Positions 53,467-64,000 of a stretch of 64,000 bases of DNA are shown here, piece by piece; the stretch's first letter is position 1, and every line of letters begins with the position of its first letter. The notes under the pieces are model-generated. The model did no database searches. It saw only the letters and a program-made list of their open reading frames with translations, and was not told the DNA's origin. Origin of the DNA: Balanoglossus misakiensis. Its lineage: Eukaryota > Animalia > Hemichordata. The DNA lies in assembly GCA_040954595.2 (NCBI GenBank), contig CM082579.2:1112922-1176921 (forward strand), given 5' to 3'. The position numbers and the translations under genes were made by a program.

Positions 53467-55410
53467 TGCTGTGAAAGCCAAAGGCGAGAATGTCTCATTC
53501 GCACCATTACGTTGGCCCTGTGTGACGTTGAACAATGGGCTAGTATAAATAACAATAGAGAGAGGGGTTCCCCGGGTTAAATATCGGTGACATGGTACTA
53601 GCAGACTTCGTCATATTTTTCTCACCTAGCACCCGCTTAAATGAGATGGCGGGGGAGTTTCCTGTCTTCCCCCAACCATGCTATTTGTATTTAAAGCCGA
53701 GAGTTTCACCAGTCAGGTGCACATTCCAAGACTAAGCCAGGACCAGAGAGAGAGCGACGCTCACACCAAAATCCGGTGCGCTACTTCATCGATCGATTTG
53801 GTTAGTTTTCATCTTTTTGATTACCTTTCTAATATTTTGTGTTACTTTAAACATGTTCCTTTCTTGTGTTATCCCACTTTATATTCTCTTTCGCACATAC
53901 ATTATCCAACTGACACCAAAGTGTCACTAATAAGTGTAATTGTTATTACTGGTTTGTTAATTTGCGATGACTTTTACAGATGTCGGGTAATTATTGAACG
54001 CACTCTTATTTTCTATATTTATGTTGAGGTGTCTCCGTGAAATATCGTGAAGATAAAGTATTATAAAAAAAAACTACATATGCTAACAGTTCGCATACCT
54101 TTGGCTGTTCTACATACAGCTTCAGCCGACATTCTTTTTTTATTTCCGCAAAATTGCATGCCATGAACGGAACTTGTCTCTAAGGAATTTGTCGGAGCTG
54201 CAAAAAGTCGTCAGATTATGGTCGGATCGTTAGCGGAATGCTTTGCGTCGGCTTCGGCGGCGCGACTAAAGTTGCATCGGTATATTGTAGGGGTTTGCTT
54301 TGATCAAACAGGCTTTTGTTTTCAGTCCGAGATCTGAACGACCCAACATTGACATTCCCACCATAGGCCGTAGAGTAATCTGTCGTCAGGTCTGTCCGCG
54401 AAGTCTCGACGCGCTTGTTACAGCATTGACATTAGTGAGACCAACAAAGTCGTACTGGTAATGGCGATTAGACGAAGAAAATACTTGAAACTAAGGGTAT
54501 AATTGGCTGAACATTGCTTATTACTTGCGTGACGTGTAATTGATTCGTGCTTTTCTTTCACACTTGTGTTCTCCTTCGCGTTTCCCATTTTCAATCTGGT
54601 GTGAACACATCTCAACTGCCAACCGAGAGTTTCTTACTGACTATGTAGTGCCTATTGTTGTTTCTATTGTCATAGATATATCAGTGAGTTGGACGATTAG
54701 GTGATAAGAAGCTAGTTTGATAATGATGACATCGCCAAATTCAAACATATTAATCAACTGATCTAGGCGACGACCAAGTCACACGCGAACACGCACAATA
54801 CATTCCTTGGGAAAACTTTAATCAGTCGAGACTGTCTGCATGAACCAACAGCACATATATTTTTCTGGGGTAGCAACCCAAGTCTAGGGTAGTGTCAATC
54901 TGTGATGACACGCTGAAGGCTACGCGGTCACACTTCATTATTCAGAATGAGGGCATCTCATTTTCACACGATCCACTAGCTGCGCACTCCCCATTCGCGA
55001 TCGCCTCGGCTGACCACTCGCCACGGACCTGTCCTGTCACGCGTCGACTTCATTGTTAAAAAGTGGGCTATTCGAATTGGGCGCGCAGTTGAAAGGGGGT
55101 CCTGTTAGTGAACTGCTAACACCGTATAGCCCCCGCTGCATTTTGTGAGTCTTACCCGTGGGCTACATCTGCGATAGAATTGTCTACATACTTCAGTATT
55201 ACTGCACCACTTATTTACATACATGTCTAGGCTTGGAGCATGTACAACAACAGTGTATGCGCACTTTTAACAGGATACTCGGAGCTGCTGGGACTACGAT
55301 ATTGTGATGCCAGGCGCACACTCATGGGATTTTTAAAACCCCGGGGAGATACATAACCTGGAAACTCGCGTGATTTATTTCTTCATACTCCTATGTACTA
55401 CATTTACTAA

Positions 55411-58400
55411 ATGACTGCTTGTATTATGGATGTTTTTAGTGCCAATACCACCATGGTGGTTGCAATGATCTTTCTCATTGCTGGGCTGACCACAGCGAGA
55501 CCGGCACCTACAAACAGCAGTATTCTGCAGGCGGATCTACCACTGGACATAGCCAACGACGAACCATCCAGGGGAGTTGATCGGACAGTGAGGAGTACTA
55601 TAAGTTCAATTGTGGGAGCGTTGAAATACAGACAACTCTACTGCAGGAGTGGTTATCATTTACAAATATTTCCAGACGGAAGGGTTTCGGGAACTCAAGA
55701 GGACCATAATCTATACGGTAATTTTAGCAATTTATTGTTCTGGCAGTTTAATTTTTTTAGCGTGTATCAGCTATGTTTATTTCATTGACGCACTTCCAAA
55801 AATTGCGTGTGTATTACTAGTACATGTACTGGCAATATGCGATAGAAAAAACTTCATGTCATTTGGGTTATGGAAAAGTGTCGATCTGTCCCCCCCCCCC
55901 CCCCCGCACTATTAGCCATGCACTGTATATGTACTGCCACGTTCTCGCCCGACGGTCTGGGACGGTGTCAGGCGCACGGCGCACTTGAATTGGCCTGCGC
56001 GGCACGACGTCGACGCCGCCCGGCGCACTTCGCGATTGGACACCGTCCAACCCCCGTTCTCTTTCATTTCGCTGGTTTACCGCCCCTCGTGCCCGTGTCA
56101 CTTCAGACGCAGGGTTTCTCGTTCAACCTGCTGCCTCGTGTCTGTGTACCCAGCAATTACGACATACTAGTACGTTCTTCAACGCATTAATGGCTTCAGG
56201 CAGACTTCTTCGGAACATGTCCTATCATGATCTTCAATAACAAATCGCTGCTTTAAATCCCCGTTCTACTTATCAACAAAACTGTCTCAACGCGTTTTCG
56301 GCAGATACGGGCAGATACCAACAATATGTCACCCTTTAGAGCGACATCGAGGATTATGTTTTGACTTCGGCGAGTTATCTGGTGGACACCGTCACGATAC
56401 TTCTAAAAACGCAGCATTTGCGCGAGTTGCCAAACGTCAAACGCGGGGCTCTAACCCATTCATTCACTTCACAAGTACCTTTGGTATAATATAGGCTTAT
56501 TCTCCGCCCTTATTTGCCCTTTACGATCTTTGACTGTGGTAATTAAGTCCACTTAAGTACATTATTTCGTGTTTTGCGACACCAGTCTCCGTTATCCACG
56601 AGACTGGCAACATTTTGAACTTTAGGATCTCTCCCTGTGCAAAATATTTCCCCAAATCGTACATACTTTGGCAGCAGAACGGCAAAGTCTGGCTACGCAC
56701 TCGGCAATCACTGCACTGGTCAGCTGCCATGATCGGGAGCATGCCGTGGCTTGCTTTGTTAGACCTTTGTATTTGGTTCCAAATTGTTTAACATCTACAA
56801 TGTAATATGATAGACTATGTAAATTTCAGCATGGCCTTTGTGCGGCCCCACAAAGGAGAAACCCCTCTTGTTAAGAAGAAATTTCTGACGTCACCAATAT
56901 TCGACCATCAAGACTGTTCAAGTTAAAATGTCCCGTGACCCCTTCCCCTCCCCTCCAAATAAAACGGTATGGTCGCTTAGGAACGTTCGTTTGAACGCGA
57001 TCTGAGGTAGACACCTAGGATTCAATGTGCCAGCCATTCGAAGCGGTCAAAAGGCAAGGTCATTCCTATGAGTCGCGTTCCTGGCATCTCGCCCCGTATC
57101 CAAGCGAGAAGAGTTAAATGGTTGAGAACGCCACATACTAAATTCTAACAGCATTACGGTTGTCCACACCGCCAATCTAGCTGAAAGAACGCGTCGTCGT
57201 CAAGATAAAAGTACACCCGCCAGATAAAAGCTATCTCAAGCCCACGTATCTTCAATAATGTCAGGTCTATGGCAATGAAACGGGCAAAGTGAAAATAAAC
57301 CGGTGTGGAGAACGGTGCAAACCTGTATTTGCGAAACTATCTGTTTGTTGACACAGTTGTTAATTGAAAAGCAAAGATGTGACCGTATATTACCGTACAA
57401 GAGAGTGGAAGTAGTTGCACTTGTTTACGAAGATCGGCAAGTCATTAGTTCTAAGACGAGCGGTGGCCTGTCAGGGTCGACCCTTAATTCTTTTTTGAGC
57501 AGACCGACAGGTAACTTGGAGTACACACCCGCTGGGTAAAACGAGTGCCTTATAACGCCCAAACCAGTGATGCATGCGACATATTCCTAAGTTTAGCCAG
57601 AATTACGACCAGTCGTGAAAAGGCGACCATACCCACTCGTGCAGGTTATTAAATTCAATGCTTGTTGCGGAATGCCTGCAGTGTGCCTAGTTACAATATA
57701 TCAAAGATTCGTCTGCCGCCCAGAATAGTCACAGACTATAGGCGACTGTCCACTGGATGACACCGCAGGCCCTAACACGCGAATTTGGTATTTTATGAAA
57801 GAGGGGAGGGTCAATCAGGTAGAGAATACTCTTCCATCTGGCACGGTTGGCGAACACCTATTACCGTAGACAGGTGATGGAAGTGTCATGTCATTCATAG
57901 CTTATTTTGAAGCGACGTCCACTCGTTACGCTGCTGTGAACACTCTAAATACTCGACAAATCTCGACTGGAAAATACGTTTTCATTTCCACGTGCAAAAC
58001 AACCTTGCAAACAACCAAACGGACCCGTCTACTTCTGTGATACGAATTCCATATTGGGGGAGGGTCTTGATAGATCGTTATGTGAGACGATGGCCCATCA
58101 ACCCAAAACGCGCACGTCTTACAATGTCACTGTTATAATAGTATTGGACGGTGGCTAATTAGAGACTGGCCGGCCTGCTGCAGACGACGGGTGCCACCAA
58201 AAGAAAATGCACAAGATTAATAGCCTTATTTCGTGTATTGAAATGAATTTCTTGCGGAATTGCTCATCATCGTTTTCGTTACTCTTCGGGAAAGTATAAA
58301 TGTCAAACGGGCAATTTTCTCAAACGCTCACTGTGGACGATATTAAGCGGCATCTCAGACTATGCGTGAGGAAAATCCTTTGGATAAAAGAAACTGGAGA

Positions 58401-60373
58401 CCACCAATTGGATTTCGAGCTGGGCGTTGGTGATTCAATGAAAAGAGCATTCTCCCTATCATTGGCACACATGGCGACTTTACGCTCAGTAACTATATTA
58501 AAGAGAAACCCATCAATTCTGCTCCACTGGCTTTTCTTGCACTTCCTATTTAACACGAGCGACATTTTATCCACTTTCCACTGTTCAGCACACCAGCATT
58601 CAGAATTTAAAACGTCACCAAGTCAAAAGGCGCGTGCTCTTTTCAAGATCCCACTAAAAGCGTTTTACCGCGATCGTTAAAATTACTACGGCTGAAAAGA
58701 TGCCCCGTCCTCCCTTGTCGATTGTTAAAATGATACACCGAAACTTGGAGAGAGTTACGTGTACATAGATTTCGATATTTACATGTCTCTTACTTGTGCG
58801 TTTTATCATTTGGGAGACATCATCTCGGAGGCATCCAGTGTCCTCTGTTGTATCCCTGCGCCAAATTGAACCCCCCACCACACCCCAACCATATTCTCAC
58901 CTCATGTCTCCAGCACACATGATATACACTATATGTGTTTAATCCGAATCTTCTCTCTTTCAGCAATAGTGAAAATTGAATCGGTGCACGCACCCAGCAC
59001 AGTGACAATACGAGGAGTAGAAGCCGGACTTTACTTGGCTATGAACAAAAACGGAGAACTTTATGCAACGGTGAGCAATCTCCTATATTTTTTTAGCCGT
59101 GACAGCATATACCCCACTGCTAACACCAGCAACCCAATACATTCCCCAAATTGACTTCTTGAAAGAAGTGATATCTTCTGTATTATTTTCATAATCCACC
59201 GCCGTATGGCGCTGTTTACTCTGTCTTCAGCCTTACTGAAGAATTAAACGCAGTAACTTTGACCACTATCACCAATTACAGTACAGTACCCATGCTATAA
59301 CAAGATAGAAATTATAACAAGATAAGATTGATAGGTGCTTATAACACATGGTGCTGCACTTGGTAGATTGAGACCACATGCCCTTACTCGCCAGGGACCA
59401 GCTACCACTGACTTTGATCATGACAATGAATTATGGGAGAGTTTGCTTAGGTTAAAAGTACCTTGAACTGAGCATTGACCTGACGGCATTCTGTATACAG
59501 CACACAGACCATCAATATATTAATCCCTACACCCAAATGTGCGCACTACCACGCCCGAAGGACTTAAAATCTTCCAGCAAAAATAAATTGAGCATTTGAT
59601 GTGGGGCTTTGATTAACCCACAAACGTGAGCAACGGGTTAAAAGAATGAAGGTAATTTATCAGGAAAAGCCGGGTTGCGTGAGAAACGGTGATACACCCA
59701 GGCAATACTCACGACTTGGTGAGATCGTGTGGTTTCTACGCGTGGGAAAATTAAACAATACAAGTTTCCACAATTTGACACTAATATAAGAAATTAAAAT
59801 GCGAAGGAATGTTTGGAAGTGAGATTTGGGAGTGCAAACAGAGGCAATATCATCAACATTTCAAATATTCACTTCCATATCACTCATGCGAGACTATAGC
59901 CAATATCCCAGAATGCGCTGCTGTAATGGCGACGTCAGCATTCAACATGTACTGCAGTATCCATGGCAACCATGCTTCAGCATTGCCAGCTCTTGATAAA
60001 CGCGCATACTGTTTTTCACAACACTTATTGATTTTTTCTTTTCCTTTGACAGGAAAAATTAGAAAAGAACTGTCACTTTGTGGAAAGGATAACGGAAAAT
60101 ATGTTCAATACGTACGAGTCGGTGAAACATCCGAGGAAGGACAAGAAACGAGACAAGAAACGAAAGAAGAGGAAAGGAAAAGGGAATAAAAGAAAGACGG
60201 GGAAAAAGTCAAGGAAAAGAAAGTCTTGGTATGTGGCGTTCGATAAGGAAGGAAATCCACAAAACGGATCAACGGTCAGGACTAAACAAAAAATGACACA
60301 TTTTCTAGCTCGACCAGTTGATCTGAAGAAAGTCGCGGAACTCTATGATAAATTGGTGACCGGAAGCAGTTAA
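55411..60373 (+). CDS. FGF20: Fibroblast growth factor FGF9/16/20 ortholog (FGF-B), ~244 aa; exons 55411-55717, 58964-59070, 60053-60373
   Basis: RQLYCRSGYHLQIFPDGRVSGTQEDH, VTIRGVEAGLYLAMNKNGELYA, CHFVERITENMFNTYES, WYVAFDKEGNP, THFLARPVDLKKVAELY. Canonical phase-1/phase-0 introns; head-to-head with MICU. The start Met (M1, M6 or M15) is uncertain, and the symbol denotes the FGF9/16/20 subfamily. Confidence 0.93.
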
Positions 60374-61720
60374 TATGCCGCCATAGGAACCATAAGACTG
60401 ATTTTACTGCTCCTTCCCTGGCAAATATAGTGTGTGCAGAAGAACTCGAGCAGCACATGGATTATTATTATTGTTATATATTTGCCGTTCCATTTTATAC
60501 TTACACCCCAAGGATGGGGAAACTTGTACATATGACTTCCCTGAGGACCATTTTATAGATACAAGGATGTGAAAACAATTCCCAGCCTATCAACTATCAT
60601 ATGTTACATATTTATTAATCGTCCGTTTTCTGTGTAGTGTTGGACGTCAACGACCAATCAGCGACTTCTGTTTAGAAACCCTAAATAACTCGGGATTTAT
60701 TTTGGTGTTGCGATACAAGGCACGACCAAGAGTGTTATTTGTACATATTTGTAAGATCGTAACCGTTGAAGTCGTAGGTTTATGCGCATTTAAAATTATA
60801 CATCTGCATTGTCGGTATACGCACTTTGCCAAATGATTGAAAATTCTGCCGTTCTTTTTGAGAAAAGTATAACAGCATGGAAGATCCGAGTGCCATTGCC
60901 AGTCTGGTCAAATGTTGTCCCACTGACGTGGTAGTGGTAGGTGGTAGTCACCCTATCTTGTCTGATCTGATCTGATGCTATAACTGCCTAATTGGTAGCT
61001 GATGACAAGGGGAAACACGCAATCAATTTGTGGCGACCTACCATCTATCTACTACCACCTCTCTGGTTTGTGATGTTTGGTGGCGCAGAAAAAAAATCGT
61101 TAAAAAAGACACGGGCGACTGTCAAGCGTTGCTGCGTGTGCACCGTTCCAAGCTAGCTATCTTCTGTCTGGAGCTATGTCACCATAGCAACTCGTACAAC
61201 TTTTCAGTTCTTATCACAGATTCTCTTAGTTGAGTATTTAAATGGGCACTGAAAAAATCACCGATTAACACTGAACGTTGAAATCGCTGCACATCTTTGG
61301 AACGAGAATAGCATTCTTTACACATCTCATCAATATATCGATAGGCATTGCTGCTCATGTGAAATATTTTGCTTCTCAAATTTATGATCAAGCTTTTCTT
61401 GTCAGCTTTGGTACAATCGTAATGAATGTTCATGTTTCTTCAAAGCCCTGATGGAAATCATGAGTGTACCTCTTTTAATAGAATTTCTGCTGTGAGAATT
61501 CATAAAGGTATGCGTTCAGCGGAAGCCTTTAAACCTTCCGTTTCAATACCACATATTAATATTATAATAACTATGACGACAATACGACCAAATCATAAAT
61601 CTTTGAGGCACACAATTGAAATATTATGTTATATACTTAGTTGTTACGGCGTTCCTGTTTAAGAAAAAGGGAAGAAAAACTTATAGGCGTGTATTTATTT
61701 TTCTATTGAAAGAAAAAAGA

Positions 61721-61741
61721 TATTATTTATTTATTTATTTA
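61721..61741 (+). promoter_or_regulatory. Overlapping ATTTA array (candidate AU-rich element if the FGF-B 3' UTR extends here)
   Basis: tattatttatttatttattta, ~1.35 kb past the stop codon. Confidence 0.3.
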
Positions 61742-64000
61742 CCAAGAACAAATGATCTTTTTTACTGTAAGAAGAAACCGACTTGGCTAACGTAGGGTAC
61801 TTGTGATATGCAAATCATGGGAGACATCATCGCACTCTGATCAGTGGCCGTTGCCATGGAAACACTTGGTTTAACATCCAATACCAACTATGTACTCATA
61901 CCACTAGCGGCACTCCGTCAAAACTTATTTTGACTCTAGCTGAATAGTGGAATGGGTAATTATCACGTTTACTAAGTGAATTGAGACAATGTCGAAACAT
62001 GCACGGCAGATCAGGAGTGTGAAAGTAGTAAAACAAATGTTTGACAAAATATCATTAAATCGAATGAAGTCAGTGACAAAGTTGAATATGTATATTTCAG
62101 TGAACGCTGACTAAGTAGAGGATGCCTGATAATGTAGTTTCACAACTTATCACTGCCGGTTGCTTTATAAGAGGCAATGATACTGGGTACATGTTACCGA
62201 TTTTGTCATCTGCAATACTTTCTTTTACGAATTTTAACAGTAAAATACGAAGAAGCAATATATACATTAATCCTTGTTTGTGTATTGTCTTTCAATGAAA
62301 CTTTGGAGAGAGATGTAGGGAGAGAGAGACAGACAGAGCTAAGATCTGTTTGCCCAAACTCGCTTTTTGATGTGCGTGTGTGTCTCTGTGTATACGCGTG
62401 CGCACTGGGATTGGATCGAGTGATGTCAGCAAATATTCACCACAACATTGCAAGACCCGAACGACTGACTCGTTGCTGCTGATCAACCCAGAGCAGTTGA
62501 TCTATTGATTGATTTTAAAAGTAAATTTAGTGACAAAACGCGACGCTATAAAGGCGAATCATTACGTAATGAGATGTGTCAACTGAACAGAGAACAGTGG
62601 GACCCGCTGACAAAGTTTTTGGCAAATCTTCAAAGCTTCGTCCCAGCGGGGGACTCTGTTACTGAGCGCGGTAACTGACATGCTTTGAAAAAAACGAATA
62701 CTGTTTCGACTTGATGCATTATTCATCTCATTCCGTCTAGCGACGATAAGTCGAGCCACTCTGATTAAAGGCAAAACAACGCCAATCCTTACTGCAATTG
62801 CCAGCATTTGTTACCTTGGTAACGTAATTTGTAAACAAAGCATACTAATTGTGCACCATAATTCAATAGTTTCCCCATTTCATCGAAAAGCTGGTTTGAT
62901 TACTAGTTTCTGTTAAACGATTATTTTTATATATGCACATCTGCAGCCCTCACCATTGAAACGCAAAACTTTCAAACGTCAGTAACTCATTGATGCCCAA
63001 ACTAGAAAAAATTACCGCTGAAATTATCACATGATCACAAATCGTAATTGCGGTTGACCATCGCACCTGGTGGTCTGCATGCGTGGCTTTAGTGAAATAG
63101 CTGAAGAAAGTCGGAGTTTTGGGACAAAAAAATATTGTTTCGCTTTTCAGTCACAACCGCGTTTCTCTCTGAGAGAGAGAGAAAGTCACCAGTTAGGAGA
63201 ATATGCTACTCCTAACTGCGGCCTTGAAAAGATAACAAACTGAATGAACTTATTTGCCTTGGCAAGGACACGTCTATATTAAGCCATGGAGCAAATAGCC
63301 GCCAGACAAGAAAATCACCAACAAAAAAGCCATCTGAAGTCAACACAGTGAGTTTAATTAGAGATCGAAATGCGGAATCTTCCACTCTGGTTGATGCGAG
63401 AGTGGCGCGGCATCTTTGGTATCCACGCGGCTCATTTATCTGCGTCTTGCCTTAACATTTGTCACTGCCTGAGCTGTTAAATCGTTCAGCCTTTTAGTGC
63501 TCAGCGCGCGGCTTCTTTGCAAATGGGGTTTAATTGCCTCCTCTGCGAGCCGATTTGGCCAAACAAGTTGGATGCCATTGGCCACGGGCATCGATTTTGC
63601 TGACTGATAGTATCCTATAACGATGAATCCATTTCCATTCTACGAAACGCTGAAAACGACCGAGTTTATTTAATGCAAGTTTGTGTTTATGATCTAAATA
63701 TTGCAAGTAATGCTTGGTGCCAAGGCGTGAAATTGCAGCGAAATTGGCTGTAAACAAATCTAATAGTTTTTCAAGATTTTAACAATACGTATCGTTGATG
63801 GTCTACACCGGTAATACGAAAAATTGATATATACAAAGGTGTTGTATATAAAATTGCCATAAACATGATGAAAACAAACAAGGCAGAGCTTGTTTCTTGG
63901 TTGAGGGACCCGCAGCCAGGTAGAAATAGAATGCAACTGCAGTAATCTATTTTGTCAATGAAATTCGAGTTGGCTCACATGCAGAAAAGTGTTTCCATGG

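Overview
Eukaryotic (animal) genomic DNA: AT-rich, spliceosomal introns, no prokaryotic or CRISPR features. Gene content suggests an invertebrate deuterostome such as a hemichordate or echinoderm (inference). I reconstructed five genes by hand from splice sites and reading phase: (1) the 3' end of RBM26/RBM27 (+); (2) a 12-exon, ~1690-aa divergent DYRK/HIPK-like CMGC kinase with two internal repeat arrays and a GC-AG intron (-); (3) a divergent FGF9/16/20-like gene, FGF-A (+); (4) a 13-exon MICU2/3 (MICU3-like) gene with a 23-kb first intron and a U12-type AT-AC intron (-); (5) a canonical FGF9/16/20 gene, FGF-B, head-to-head with MICU (+), as in vertebrate FGF9-MICU2 and FGF20-MICU3. The most notable points are the extra FGF paralog with substituted receptor-contact residues, the kinase lacking the activation-loop Tyr and carrying a VKEE array, the AT-AC intron, a tRNA-like Pol III element with a CTA-centred loop in the MICU/FGF-B divergent promoter, several MITEs, and a mosaic CpG landscape. 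All family assignments come from recalled motifs; no database search was run.
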